From Acinetobacter phage IMEAB3, in sequence record KF811200.1: 43,050 bases of DNA. One strand, given 5' to 3'. Position numbers and translations under genes: made by a program. This document shows positions 27,172 through 37,447 of the stretch, one piece after another. Position 1 is the first letter of the stretch. The number at the start of each line of letters is the position of its first letter. The notes under the pieces were generated by a model, which was not told where the DNA came from, did no database searches, and saw nothing but the letters and a program-made list of their open reading frames with translations.

Positions 27172-28701
27172 TTACTGCGGCATGCCTACCGTTGGCAAGT
27201 ATGCAAAGAATTCGGTCAATAAAGTGTATCCGAATTTCGATTTCGCTGCGTTGTTGTCAATTGGAATGTTAATCGGGTTGTCGGCTTCGATCTGCAATTG
27301 ACCGCCAGACATAGCCATTAACGGGATGTCGAACAAAAAGCCCGTATTACGTGCCGCTGTGATTGAATAGAAACCGACGTCCGCATTGTTACGAATCGCT
27401 TGAACCGCAGCAATGTTCGTAAAGAATGCAGTCACCGAGCCGCCCACTTCAAACGTACCGACAGACACATCGAAACCACCAACAGAACCGACGGCTTTAA
27501 TCGCGGTAACGTTGTTATTGATTTCTAAAGTACCTTCCGAAATATAACCGAATAACCCTGTCGGTTGCGTATTCGTTGGGTCGATAACGTACATACGGTT
27601 GCGAATCACGTCGCTTGATGTGTTGTAAGCCTGTTCGCCTTTAGCGGGAACGTATGAACCTGCTTTAACGCCGACCGTGCCGTTACGTTGTTCGTTATCC
27701 AAACCAATGAAACCTAAGTCAACGTTGACTTTATCTTCGGTCGGAATGTTGATCGTTAATTCGTTAGGAACTGCGCCGACAACATATTCGGATTGAATAC
27801 CCGCATCGTCTTTACCTAGTTGGCGCTGTAATTGATAAGAACGAGTTTTAATGTTTTCGGTCAACGGTTCGTTACGAATAACAGTTCCCCAGAATGCGCG
27901 CAATGAAATCGCTGCGCCTGCATGAGCAACGGCAGTAAAGGTCGTTAAGTCGAACGCAATTGTTTTTGCGTCAAACCATTCGATACGTGCGAAACCGACG
28001 TTCGTACCTAGTTGGGTCGCAGGGTCGTCGCCACCTAAAAACAACCATTGACCCGCAAGTAAACCGAAACCAGTAAACGAACCTGCTGTCGCAGTTAATA
28101 CAAGTTTACCGCCCGAAATAGTTGCAACGACATCACCTTCGGCGAACTCATGCCCTACGCGTTCAAGTTTAGCCGCAACACTGACAGTCGCTTCGGTCAC
28201 TAAAGAACCCCAAACGATAACACCTGTCGCATTAGCGTCAGAAACCTTTTTAAGCCCGTTGTTAGACGGCACACCGAAGCCGCTTGCTTTGATCAAATCA
28301 CTAGCACCGAAGATGCCAAGACCTGCCGCAGCCGTATATTTAATTTCTGTACCGTCAACGCCAGTTAAAGCAATAGACGAACCGTTTAGCGGCTGTGTGC
28401 TTGCGTCTTGATGTGCATTAGCAAAACAGAAACCTTGCATTAAACGCGTTAAGTTTGTTTCGGTCAAATCAGTGTTGAAACCTGCAACCGCGTCAAGTCC
28501 TGAAATTGTACCTTTTAAACGCTGACGCGAAGGGTCAATCGGTGAGCGTGCTACGGTTGAAATATCCGCACCAAAGTCGGAATAAGAATTCGGTTCTTGT
28601 CCGTACCAAATAGGCGAAGCGGGCAATTGTTTCGGGCATTCTTCTTCGGCGATAAACAGCGAAGTGATGTTCGAATCAATCTTATTAATTTGACAAACCA
28701 T
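27172..28701 (-). CDS. major tail (tube) protein, 509 aa
   Basis: follows four small connector-type genes and precedes chaperone-like genes and the tape measure; Gly/Thr/Val-rich beta-type composition. Confidence 0.5.
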   Translation of the reverse strand: MVCQINKIDSNITSLFIAEEECPKQLPASPIWYGQEPNSYSDFGADISTVARSPIDPSRQRLKGTISGLDAVAGFNTDLTETNLTRLMQGFCFANAHQDASTQPLNGSSIALTGVDGTEIKYTAAAGLGIFGASDLIKASGFGVPSNNGLKKVSDANATGVIVWGSLVTEATVSVAAKLERVGHEFAEGDVVATISGGKLVLTATAGSFTGFGLLAGQWLFLGGDDPATQLGTNVGFARIEWFDAKTIAFDLTTFTAVAHAGAAISLRAFWGTVIRNEPLTENIKTRSYQLQRQLGKDDAGIQSEYVVGAVPNELTINIPTEDKVNVDLGFIGLDNEQRNGTVGVKAGSYVPAKGEQAYNTSSDVIRNRMYVIDPTNTQPTGLFGYISEGTLEINNNVTAIKAVGSVGGFDVSVGTFEVGGSVTAFFTNIAAVQAIRNNADVGFYSITAARNTGFLFDIPLMAMSGGQLQIEADNPINIPIDNNAAKSKFGYTLLTEFFAYLPTVGMPQ

Positions 28702-28713
28702 TGTTGTAACTCC

Positions 28714-29157
28714 TTATTTGATTTCGTCGAATTCAAAGTTTGCAATGACGTTTAAACGAAAGAAACTATCTTCGTTAGGGATGCCGTCATTAACTCGCGC
28801 TTTGCGATAAATAACACCGTCGGCACTCGATGCGTTTCGAAAAGCGTTTCTTAATTGGGTTGCCCACATTAAAGCTTTGTGCCCTTGTGGTTCGGTTTTA
28901 GGGATATAAAATTCGACGATAACAAGCCCGTAACTTGTGTAAAGTTTCTTGCCTATTTCATTCGAACAAGTTGATATAGCGCTTACGCCTTCGTCAACGA
29001 TCTGTGTACTAGCCCGTAACCAGACCTGTGAAGGGTTCGGCTTGTCTTTACTAACTTGTAACGGATATTCGATTCGCGGTTTAACGTCGAAAAGGTCTGC
29101 CGCTGCCTTAATCAACGCGAACATAGAATCGCGAGCCGCAATGTAATTTGTTGTCAT
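28714..29157 (-). CDS. tail terminator / tail completion protein-like (147 aa)
   Basis: synteny only (fourth small gene between capsid and major tail). Confidence 0.35.
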   Translation of the reverse strand: MTTNYIAARDSMFALIKAAADLFDVKPRIEYPLQVSKDKPNPSQVWLRASTQIVDEGVSAISTCSNEIGKKLYTSYGLVIVEFYIPKTEPQGHKALMWATQLRNAFRNASSADGVIYRKARVNDGIPNEDSFFRLNVIANFEFDEIK

Positions 29158-29537
29158 TCTTCAAGCTCCAATTCATAAACCACAACCGAATCACCGTTCG
29201 GTTTAATTGGTGAAATTGACCGAATGCGTCTTTCGATACCATCGTTTCGGATAATCAAATCTTTTAACGAGGGTGTGAAATTAACAAAGTGCATGTAAGC
29301 TCGTTCCGAACCCGTTTGCACATTGCCGTTTTGCATCATTCGGAATAGCTGTTCGATTGACGACTTCATAGGCAAAAATACAACCGAAACACTATACTCG
29401 TTAATCTGGGGCGCACCGCGTTCCCAGTCTTTACCGTCTGTTGGCTCACCGTCCAACACATTTTTATAACGAATCTTTTCGCCGAACTTAGTAATTAAGC
29501 GCGTCGCCGTATTTCGTAGTCGGTCATATTGTGCCAT
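29154..29537 (-). CDS. head closure / head-tail joining protein-like (127 aa)
   Basis: synteny only. Confidence 0.35.
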   Translation of the reverse strand: MAQYDRLRNTATRLITKFGEKIRYKNVLDGEPTDGKDWERGAPQINEYSVSVVFLPMKSSIEQLFRMMQNGNVQTGSERAYMHFVNFTPSLKDLIIRNDGIERRIRSISPIKPNGDSVVVYELELEE

Positions 29538-29540
29538 AGC

Positions 29541-30029
29541 TTACACCCGTATACTGATAAAACCGCCACCCGTTTGACAGTTCTTTTTCATTAGGCTAAA
29601 TAATAACGCGTCGATTGCCGCAAAAACAGGCTTAACACCTGCGACAATTGGGTCAGCATATTGAACTTCCAAATCGCCGACTTTCTCTTTAGTAACGTAA
29701 TTAGACGCGCTTATTGTGGGCAATAGATCGAAACCATTCGCCTGTTCAATAACGCCCTGCATTTGAGCCTTTCGCACAGCGTCAGGCACACCCAAACCAA
29801 TTCGGGGAAATGCTAAAGCCTGCGAATCGTTCAAACGCAGGCTTTTAAATTCACATTCTAAAGAGTTCAAATAGTCGGCTGACTTAATAAGCTGAACGGC
29901 GACGTCGTCATCATTAGCCGAAAGGATAACACCGCGGTTTAACGCATAGTTTCTCGTTTCTTCAACCGAAACGTATGTGTTTGCGTTGGCTAATCCTGTA
30001 CCGTCTTCAATGACTAAAGTAATCGCCAT
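29541..30029 (-). CDS. head-tail connector protein, gp6-like (162 aa)
   Basis: N-terminus YVSVEETRNYALNRGVILSANDDDVAVQLIKSA resembles the conserved start of gp6-like adaptor proteins. Confidence 0.5.
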   Translation of the reverse strand: MAITLVIEDGTGLANANTYVSVEETRNYALNRGVILSANDDDVAVQLIKSADYLNSLECEFKSLRLNDSQALAFPRIGLGVPDAVRKAQMQGVIEQANGFDLLPTISASNYVTKEKVGDLEVQYADPIVAGVKPVFAAIDALLFSLMKKNCQTGGGFISIRV

Positions 30030-30038
30030 ATCATCACC

Positions 30039-30377
30039 TTATTGGTTCGCGCCCCATGCAGGCGTGTTTTCTTTCTTAGTTGCGTCGCCTTGTGGTGGCG
30101 CATCGCTTGCCGAAGCTGTACGAAGTTCTTTCATTCGTGCCGCCGCTGCGTCCATCTTACTGCGAAGACCTTCGACCAATTGGTCGGCGCGTGGTAAATG
30201 CGCGTAAGAATCTGGAATGTAAGTTCCTGCAACAGCGTCGCAATGTTCTAACGTTTCACCGTCGACAATGTATTGCGAATTACGGAACACTGTTTTAATG
30301 CCGAAGCTCATTGCTTCGAGTTTTTCGTCTTCACTTGGCGCAAATCCGTCAATGAAGTAAATAATTTTTTCTGCCAT
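30039..30377 (-). CDS. hypothetical head-associated protein (112 aa)
   Basis: ORF track; directly downstream of the capsid gene and its terminator. Confidence 0.35.
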   Translation of the reverse strand: MAEKIIYFIDGFAPSEDEKLEAMSFGIKTVFRNSQYIVDGETLEHCDAVAGTYIPDSYAHLPRADQLVEGLRSKMDAAAARMKELRTASASDAPPQGDATKKENTPAWGANQ

Positions 30378-30397
30378 GATTGTAAGCCCTAACAGGT

Positions 30398-30428
30398 GGA
30401 AAGAACCCCGTTACCGAAATAACAGGGC
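30398..30428 (-). terminator. intrinsic terminator/attenuator after the major capsid gene
   Basis: on the minus strand CCCUGUUA uuucgg UAACGGGG (8 bp, one G-U) followed by UUCUUUCC; capsid gene ends with TAA TAA TAA. Confidence 0.55.
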
Positions 30429-30437
30429 GTTTTATTA

Positions 30438-31421
30438 TTAGTGAGATTTAAGCAACACGCCCGCCAAATCTTTATGCGAAGTGCTGTAACGATCCCAGTT
30501 AGTCGAAGTATGTAACGCAGCGTCGTTCGGTGAAGCACCGCCGTTTGCTTTGTCCCATGAGAAGCCCTTAATGCCCACATTGTACGACCATTCAGCTTGA
30601 TAAGTACGTGTAATGTTTTCTTTACCAGTACCGTCGACAGTTGTATAGTCGAAATCGTTGTTTTGACCGACAAGAATTGCGCCCTGTTGAAGACCCAACG
30701 AATAGAAACCAGTGTCCGCCGTTGGTGTAGTCGTAGACCATGCCAAAGCAGGCGAATCGGTAATAACGAATAAACGACCGAACGGGTCACGTACTACGTT
30801 AACAGTTTCGTATTTGAAAAGGTTTTCGGCGTTAGTCAACGCATTAACGTACAAAGTTGTCAACGGTGTGCTGTGCATAATCCACGCACGAACAGCCGTT
30901 TGACGGTCGCCAAGTTTGCCCGCAGTCTTAGCCAACGCAATAAAGCTTGTTTCGTCGGCAGGGGTAGCCGCTGCGGTAATGTCGTTAACGTTGGTCGCAA
31001 CTTGCGCCAATGCAGTAACACCCGCACCGATTGCAGCGTTAAGCATGTCGGCTAATGAATCGCCTGCAAGCTGTTGCCCAATGGTTGCGCCTGCTTCTTC
31101 TGGTGAACGTTGAATCCAACGGAATTGAGCAGGGTCGATAAGCATTTCTTGAGTACCTGCGGCAACTTTAACCGAAGTATCTTTCAAGTGGTGAAGCGAC
31201 GCGCTAGAAATTGCACCGTTTCCGTAAGCGTTACGGCGACGTACAAGGTTAGCGATTTTCGCGAAGAATGCGACTTCGTCGAAGTCACCGCGATGCGCCG
31301 AAGGGGTTAAAATGATTGTACCGTCTGACGCTTCGTTAAACGCTGCGATTTGCTGGTCTAACACTTCGGTCATTGCGGCGTATGCGTATTCCGAGTATAC
31401 GGCTAAATCTGATAATGCCAT
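30438..31421 (-). CDS. major capsid protein (327 aa)
   Basis: position after scaffold, Mu-F-like and portal genes; size and composition; followed by an attenuator hairpin. Confidence 0.6.
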   Translation of the reverse strand: MALSDLAVYSEYAYAAMTEVLDQQIAAFNEASDGTIILTPSAHRGDFDEVAFFAKIANLVRRRNAYGNGAISSASLHHLKDTSVKVAAGTQEMLIDPAQFRWIQRSPEEAGATIGQQLAGDSLADMLNAAIGAGVTALAQVATNVNDITAAATPADETSFIALAKTAGKLGDRQTAVRAWIMHSTPLTTLYVNALTNAENLFKYETVNVVRDPFGRLFVITDSPALAWSTTTPTADTGFYSLGLQQGAILVGQNNDFDYTTVDGTGKENITRTYQAEWSYNVGIKGFSWDKANGGASPNDAALHTSTNWDRYSTSHKDLAGVLLKSH

Positions 31422-31433
31422 GTTGCGAACTCC

Positions 31434-32168
31434 TTAATCGTCTTCGCTGTTTGCTTTCTTTTCAGCAATGCGAGCCGCTAAGTCTTTCGGATTCATTCGG
31501 GAAAGGTTAGGGGTTTCGTCATTGCCTTGTGTATTTGTTTTCGGCGCACCGCCCCGATTTTGGTCTTTATTGGTACTACCGCCAGACCCTTTACCTGCGA
31601 TAATAATAGCAGAAAAATCTTTGTTTGCAATGAACTCCTTCGTTAGATCGTCAAGGCTCATGGTTGAATCCTTGCCGTCTGCGCCTAGTACCTTAGTTGT
31701 CGGGGTGTCGGCGTCTAAATCCGCTACTAAACGCGCTTTAATATGCGGCATAATTAGGGCGGGTGCGGTACTGATTTTCGTTGCAATTTTTAGCGCTTCG
31801 TCTTCGACTAATGATTTTTTCAAAGCAAGTTCGCGCTTAGTCAATTTTCCTTCGAGTTCGGCTTTTTGATCGTCTAGTTTTTTCTGCCAAGATTTTTCTA
31901 GTGTTGCGATGTCGCCTTTCTTACGTGCATCGTCGCCGTTGATGCGGTCAAGTTCTGCTTGCGCTTCTTTCAATTTGTCTTCGGCGTCTTGACGCAATTG
32001 CTTCTCGCGGTCTTTCGCACGTTTTAAAGCGCCTGTGTCTTCATCCCCAGAAATGTCGAGCTTGTAGCCGTCACCTTCGACAAGATATTCGGTTTTAATA
32101 TCCGCGGGTAACTTGTCGAATTCTTCTTTCGTAATTACACGTTTAAGAGCCATGATTGTATTCCTCAC
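31434..32168 (-). CDS. scaffolding protein (244 aa)
   Basis: highly charged K/E/D-rich coiled-coil sequence between the Mu-F-like and capsid genes. Confidence 0.5.
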   Translation of the reverse strand: MRNTIMALKRVITKEEFDKLPADIKTEYLVEGDGYKLDISGDEDTGALKRAKDREKQLRQDAEDKLKEAQAELDRINGDDARKKGDIATLEKSWQKKLDDQKAELEGKLTKRELALKKSLVEDEALKIATKISTAPALIMPHIKARLVADLDADTPTTKVLGADGKDSTMSLDDLTKEFIANKDFSAIIIAGKGSGGSTNKDQNRGGAPKTNTQGNDETPNLSRMNPKDLAARIAEKKANSEDD

Positions 32169-33118
32169 TGTAGAATTAATTTGATTCGTTCGGCGAACTT
32201 GCCTAACGTCAAGGCTTCGTTTGCGCTATCTCTAACGCTTTTAGGTTGCGACGATAACCATGTATCAAAATCACGGTCATCGGGTGGCGTTCCCGTATAT
32301 GGCTCAATGTGCGAGCGACATCGGTAATGTGCGGGCGGTAATATCCCAGACCCAAAGCGATAGCGATTACCGTTACGACTTCGGCAAATATCACTTGTCG
32401 CTTTATCTAGGATTGAAACCCAAACATATTCTTTGTAATAAGCCGACATAACGACGGCTTTAGATTGTAGGTAAATTTGTTGCATAGCCGTGGCGGTTGT
32501 TGCGCCATTCTGACCGCGAGCCTTGTCGAAAGCTGCAACATAAGCGTCTAGCGTGTCTTTAATGGTGTCACCGTTCGACCATGCGTTACGGGTAATTTTG
32601 ACGACGTTTGCGACTGTTGAAGCTGCAACCGAACTGATTGTCGTTGCGATTAATGAACCGTTAACTTGCATCGGTCTTTTTGCGATAGATGCCCACATTA
32701 ATAACGGTAAAAAGGTCGTCTTGTCATCTTCAAGCGGTTCGCTTTTATCCGACCAATAGTTTTCCTTTAGGTTTTCTTCGAGTTCTTCGTCGTCGTTCGT
32801 TATTCGCTTAACGGTTTCGTAAAACATAACCTGCAACACAAGCTTTCGAGTTACTATCATAAACTGTTTAAGCCATGCTAGTAACTCTTTAGCGTGTTGG
32901 TTAAATACACGATTCATGCCACGGCGTAGACGTTCGATCATTCGGTTCAAGTCTGCGCGACTTAATCCGTCTAATGTTTCATACTTGACATTTGATAACT
33001 CTTTCGTTAACATTTTCTTTATGTCTTCGGTGACATGTCGGAACTCGTTAGCTTTAGACGCTTTCAATTGGTCAACGTACATCGACAACCGTGTTAATGC
33101 GTCATGTATTTTGGTCAT
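32165..33118 (-). CDS. head morphogenesis protein, Mu gpF / SPP1 gp7-like (317 aa)
   Basis: C-terminal ILDKATSDICRSRNGNRYRF ... HYRCRSHIEPY matches the Phage_Mu_F signature; follows the portal. Confidence 0.65.
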   Translation of the reverse strand: MTKIHDALTRLSMYVDQLKASKANEFRHVTEDIKKMLTKELSNVKYETLDGLSRADLNRMIERLRRGMNRVFNQHAKELLAWLKQFMIVTRKLVLQVMFYETVKRITNDDEELEENLKENYWSDKSEPLEDDKTTFLPLLMWASIAKRPMQVNGSLIATTISSVAASTVANVVKITRNAWSNGDTIKDTLDAYVAAFDKARGQNGATTATAMQQIYLQSKAVVMSAYYKEYVWVSILDKATSDICRSRNGNRYRFGSGILPPAHYRCRSHIEPYTGTPPDDRDFDTWLSSQPKSVRDSANEALTLGKFAERIKLILQ

Positions 33119-34649
33119 TGTTCAATCCATCGTTAGGGGTGTTCGCATTCAGCGCTTCGATTTCGGCTGCGCGTTCTGCGTCGATTTTCTTCTTAGCGTC
33201 TTCGTCTTTTTCAGTCGCGACACCACTCTTACGCAACACGCTTCGCATTTCTTCGAAGGTCAATGCCCCGCCCTGCCATTCTTTAATGACTTGCGCTCGT
33301 TGTTCTGGTGAATATTTCGAAATGTCAAAATCAGTATTCAAACGATATTTGACTTCTATTTCATCCGTGCTTACGAATTGCGCTGCGGTTCTGAACGCCC
33401 ATTCTACAACGTCACTGACATTGTTTGCAATATTTGCGAGAATTGAATTATTGGTAACTTCGTCTTGATTGGCTTCTGTCGCTGTACGCTGTACGGTTTT
33501 GTTTTCGACCAGTTTCGCGCCAAGTTGTAACATTTGCTTTTCTTTATGTCCCATGCCTTCAAACGGCATAGTATTCGGCTGCATTTGCAAGATGCCCATT
33601 TGACCACCTTCGGGCAATGCAACACCACCAAGCGAGCCTAAACGGACTTTGCCGCCTAACACGGTGTTTAACCAATTTTCTGTTAACCCAGACGCCCAGA
33701 TTGTCGGCTGACCCATTACGAAGCTTGCTTCTTCATAGTCGGCGCTGTTTCGATAGTGTGCGATGTTGATTGCCGCCATGTCGTACATGACAGGAATATC
33801 GACAGCGCTATCGTTATTTTCTGCGCCACCAAACGAAAACGGGATTCGGTCAAAGTATGTACCGTCCGCACGCTGTAAATAAAATTCTGTGTTGTCGTCC
33901 TTACGATACGTTTTCTTTTTTGGAACATTAACACCGTCCCAGACTGACGGGTTAGGCTCACGCCAAAGCGATACTTTGACACGATGCGCCATAACCTTAT
34001 CGTTTTCTTTAGCGATACCGCCTTCGATATTCAAGCCTTCTAGTTCATACACACGGAATTGACAAGAGTTTTTGATTTCGAAACCGTCGTCAGCAAACGG
34101 GTATATTTCTGCAATAACGATTTTACTGTAAACGACTTGGCTGCCGATTTCCATAGTTCGCCAGTTAATAACGTGGTGTGGTGCGACTAAGTTAACCGTC
34201 GGCTTAATGTTGCCGTCTGTCATGTCCTTAACTGTGACAATCCCTTCGGTTGTCGGATAGTCGACATAAACGCCGTAGCGTGCGTATGAGATTGCGAACG
34301 CAAGCATTTTGTGTGCTTGTTGCGACATGCTCAACCCTTCACCTGTTGCGTCTTTGTCAACACCTTCGAGAATTGTCGGGATGTCTTTGTCGATTGGTTT
34401 CGAGAACACTAACGAAACTAAACCGTTAACAGTTCGACCTGTAACGTTATAGAATAAAGCACGGTTCTTGTATGCTTCATAACGTTTCTGGTTTTCGAAA
34501 CTTGTGTCGTCTGGGTTAGGTTGCGGCAAGTATGTCTTGCCCGCTTTCTTAATTCGATCTTGCCCGCTGATACAATCGCGAATCGCCGTGTATAACGGCA
34601 GTACGTTCGCAATTTCAGGACGGACAAAAGCAACGTTCGGAAATGTCAT
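33102..34649 (-). CDS. portal protein (515 aa)
   Basis: size and position between TerL and the Mu-F-like gene. Confidence 0.65.
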   Translation of the reverse strand: MTFPNVAFVRPEIANVLPLYTAIRDCISGQDRIKKAGKTYLPQPNPDDTSFENQKRYEAYKNRALFYNVTGRTVNGLVSLVFSKPIDKDIPTILEGVDKDATGEGLSMSQQAHKMLAFAISYARYGVYVDYPTTEGIVTVKDMTDGNIKPTVNLVAPHHVINWRTMEIGSQVVYSKIVIAEIYPFADDGFEIKNSCQFRVYELEGLNIEGGIAKENDKVMAHRVKVSLWREPNPSVWDGVNVPKKKTYRKDDNTEFYLQRADGTYFDRIPFSFGGAENNDSAVDIPVMYDMAAINIAHYRNSADYEEASFVMGQPTIWASGLTENWLNTVLGGKVRLGSLGGVALPEGGQMGILQMQPNTMPFEGMGHKEKQMLQLGAKLVENKTVQRTATEANQDEVTNNSILANIANNVSDVVEWAFRTAAQFVSTDEIEVKYRLNTDFDISKYSPEQRAQVIKEWQGGALTFEEMRSVLRKSGVATEKDEDAKKKIDAERAAEIEALNANTPNDGLNNDQNT

Positions 34650-34660
34650 TTTTAAATCCT

Positions 34661-36250
34661 TTAGTGTGGTGCGACAACTTTCATTGTCTTAGCGATTCGG
34701 TCTTTGTTTTGCAATACACGATACCGCACTTCGTCCCAAATATGGTCTTCTGAATCGGTGTCGATGTCGTCCATATTCTTAGGGTCACGCGGCAATGTGG
34801 GCAATATGGCGAGTGTAGCACGGCAACAGTCCATAAAGTAGAGTCCTATATCTTCGTTACCTTCGGACGCGTTTTCGAGCAATGTGCGCGCTAATTCAAG
34901 CCCGTTTATGCGTGACCCTGCCGACTTGTCTGACTTCAACCAAGAAATGCCCACATTCTGCATTTTCTTTTCAATGGTTTCGACATCATCTTCGTTAACG
35001 TTGCGAATCTGGTTATCTGCTGCCCCTGCTTTTGGCTGCGTTTTAATCCATCCCGCTTTCATTAATGCGATTTCGATTTCTTTGATACCTTCGGCAATCT
35101 TTTTCGATGACAAGCGTAAGCCTTCATTCGTGCCTATTTCTTTCGAGCCGTACCATTCAAATATGCGGATAAGCGAACCCGCAGGCGGGCAGAATGTTTC
35201 GATAGTGCCGTCAGGGTGATAGATATAAGCTTCTTCGCCGTTCGCTTCTGCCCACCAACCGACTGAAAAAGGATGTGTCGAACCCCAGTCGAACGTTCTG
35301 TCAATTCGCCATGATTCGGGCACAACAAAACGGCGTTTGACTTGCTTCGCTGCGTTCCATACGTCATCGAAACCGCCACCCGCTACGATGTCCCAGTCAC
35401 CATTTAACCATGCTTTCTTTCGGTTTTCGTCTTTCTCGTTATGCAGTTCGGCAATATATTCAGGGCTTAAATAAATGTTTTCAGTCCACGAACCGAAAAT
35501 CGTAACTTGAACCTTTTCGACGGTAATGTTCTTTTTAGTTTTTGGGTCAAAGATTTCGGTGTAAGTCTTTAACGGTACGCCGTAAGGCACTGGGTCAATA
35601 AAACGCTTTTTAACCCAGTTATGACCCGCGCCATAAGGGTTCGTTGTTGCAATTACTTCTAACGGCATCGGCGGCAAGTCGGGGTCAGGTATTCCGCCTT
35701 GTTCGACGTAAATCTTTTCCCCAGTATCGTAGTAAACGTCGGGGTCAATCTTTGGGGCATCTTTTTCGAGCGTGAACGACGAACGGTTTACCGACATCAT
35801 CATGTCATAAAGTTTTGGCGTCGGGTATTTTGTTAATTCGTTCCAACCGATGAAAGCGTATTCGTGCCCGTGGTACTTCCAATAATCGTCCTCAACTTTG
35901 GCGACACGGAATAACAATTCTTCGCCTGTTTTCCAGACCCATTTTAATGATGAACCCGACGCAAGGAATTCGCACCCGTCGCCGAACTGTGGAAACCATC
36001 GTTTTGATTTAGTGATAATGTCTTCTAGGTTTTTATATTCACGGTCAAATATTACGCCACGCCAGAACGCCCCATAACCCAGACCAACACGACGACGAAA
36101 TCGCATTAGCTGCGTGTCGGTCTTCATTGCGCCACGTTCACCCGCTAACAAGATATGATGCGCCCTTGCGTCGAGCGCTATTTCTTGGGAACTGTTAGGG
36201 ATTGGCTGCCAAATTACGTTATGCTGTTCGTTGCTGTTCTCGTTGCTCAT
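34661..36250 (-). CDS. terminase large subunit (529 aa)
   Basis: deviant Walker A LAGERGAMKT, Walker-B-like AFIGWNE, acidic C-terminal nuclease region; precedes the portal. Confidence 0.75.
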   Translation of the reverse strand: MSNENSNEQHNVIWQPIPNSSQEIALDARAHHILLAGERGAMKTDTQLMRFRRRVGLGYGAFWRGVIFDREYKNLEDIITKSKRWFPQFGDGCEFLASGSSLKWVWKTGEELLFRVAKVEDDYWKYHGHEYAFIGWNELTKYPTPKLYDMMMSVNRSSFTLEKDAPKIDPDVYYDTGEKIYVEQGGIPDPDLPPMPLEVIATTNPYGAGHNWVKKRFIDPVPYGVPLKTYTEIFDPKTKKNITVEKVQVTIFGSWTENIYLSPEYIAELHNEKDENRKKAWLNGDWDIVAGGGFDDVWNAAKQVKRRFVVPESWRIDRTFDWGSTHPFSVGWWAEANGEEAYIYHPDGTIETFCPPAGSLIRIFEWYGSKEIGTNEGLRLSSKKIAEGIKEIEIALMKAGWIKTQPKAGAADNQIRNVNEDDVETIEKKMQNVGISWLKSDKSAGSRINGLELARTLLENASEGNEDIGLYFMDCCRATLAILPTLPRDPKNMDDIDTDSEDHIWDEVRYRVLQNKDRIAKTMKVVAPH

Positions 36251-36734
36251 TTCGTTGGTTCACTAGCTTGGCTTGTTGAATAGCTGCGGCGTTTTCCCAA
36301 TCGGAATTGTTGCCGAAGTCCTTGACGATCATAACTGCTTGAACAGCATTTCCGCCTATCCCACCGCCTGCGCGTTGGTCGTAGATACCTGCGATTGCTG
36401 CGAATTCGCTTGCCGCTTTGATGCGGTCTTTAGCGTCTACAATAGGACTACTAGCGATAGACCAGTACAACATTGCGACGTCAAATTTCGACGCAATTTC
36501 GCGGATTGCCCGCGGGTCGTTTTTCATTGCTTTGATGATTCGGTCTAGTTCGTAAGAACGTGACCAATGGTGTGCGATAACCATTGCATCGCTTTGATTG
36601 CCGTTTGTTAGCTCTAACGCTGCTTTATACCGATCAAGATTTGTTAAGCAGATTTTAGCGTAATCTTGAATGCTGTATCGGTCTAAAACTTCGGTAGCGT
36701 TATCGGTAACAACGGGCGTTGCGTTCCATTCCAT
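36219..36734 (-). CDS. terminase small subunit candidate (171 aa)
   Basis: position immediately upstream of TerL with a 32-nt overlap. Confidence 0.4.
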   Translation of the reverse strand: MEWNATPVVTDNATEVLDRYSIQDYAKICLTNLDRYKAALELTNGNQSDAMVIAHHWSRSYELDRIIKAMKNDPRAIREIASKFDVAMLYWSIASSPIVDAKDRIKAASEFAAIAGIYDQRAGGGIGGNAVQAVMIVKDFGNNSDWENAAAIQQAKLVNQRNEQREQQRTA

Positions 36735-36776
36735 AGCGTGACCCCGCTTTAATTAATTACACCGTAATTTTTCGGA

Positions 36777-36806
36777 ATTATGCCCACATTAAGCCCGTTT
36801 TGTCAA
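36777..36806 (-). promoter_or_regulatory. sigma70-like promoter upstream of the terminase genes (TTGACA-18-CATAAT), with the recurrent motif inside the spacer
   Basis: minus-strand TTGACA at 36806-36801 and CATAAT at 36782-36777; ATGTGGGCA occupies the spacer next to the -10. Confidence 0.45.
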
Positions 36807-36808
36807 AG

Positions 36809-37447
36809 TTAGTTACTTCTTAACGCCTTTTCGAATACCTGTGCGTATTCTGCGACTTTGTTCGCTCTGTCTTGCGAATTAATTACTCGACGCGCTCCGA
36901 CATAGTCTTTCTTTGATTGACTGATATAACGCGTTAGAGCGTGCCCAGTGAACCAACCTTCCATCATGCCAGTAATTAGGATTTTTACAGCCCATTCTTT
37001 AATCATTACGTCGTCGGGATTCTTCGCAAAGTCATGCCCTAGTTTCAAGCCTGCTTTGACATAATTATCCAACCATGTAAGTTGAACGTAACCGCGCCCA
37101 TAATACAAGCCGTTATATTCGGACTGTAAATACGTTTGCAATTTGTCGTTAGCATAGCCGTATTTTTCGCCGTTCTTGTTAGTGAACCATTGCCCGTATT
37201 TTTTCTTTTTACCTAGCCCATATTCGCGAATAGGTAACATTGTACCGTCACACTCAAGCCATGTTGTTGCGAGCATGTATGCTGCTTGCGGGTAACTGAC
37301 ATTCTTATGACGGTCAATTTCGCCGACAATGTAGTTTAGTTCGTCAACTTGACTTTGTGTTAAGCGCCCGAACCGTTCTTTAATGATTGCGAAACCGTTT
37401 TTCGTTAATACCATACCGTCACCTTTTTTGTTTGATTGCACGCCCAA
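36809..37447 (-). CDS. endolysin, glycoside hydrolase family 19 (chitinase-like) fold
   Basis: GLYYGRGYVQLTWLDNY matches the GH19 Y-GRG-IQLT-NY signature; adjacent to the holin. Confidence 0.7.
   Translation of the reverse strand: MGVQSNKKGDGMVLTKNGFAIIKERFGRLTQSQVDELNYIVGEIDRHKNVSYPQAAYMLATTWLECDGTMLPIREYGLGKKKKYGQWFTNKNGEKYGYANDKLQTYLQSEYNGLYYGRGYVQLTWLDNYVKAGLKLGHDFAKNPDDVMIKEWAVKILITGMMEGWFTGHALTRYISQSKKDYVGARRVINSQDRANKVAEYAQVFEKALRSN

Noticed and set aside
34884-35219. 111-aa plus-strand ORF inside the terminase large subunit gene (and similar antisense ORFs 11515..11979, 12570..12989, 22556..22957)
   Set aside because: They are fully contained in well-supported genes on the opposite strand and have no start signals. 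One of them begins at an ATG supplied by the recurrent motif.
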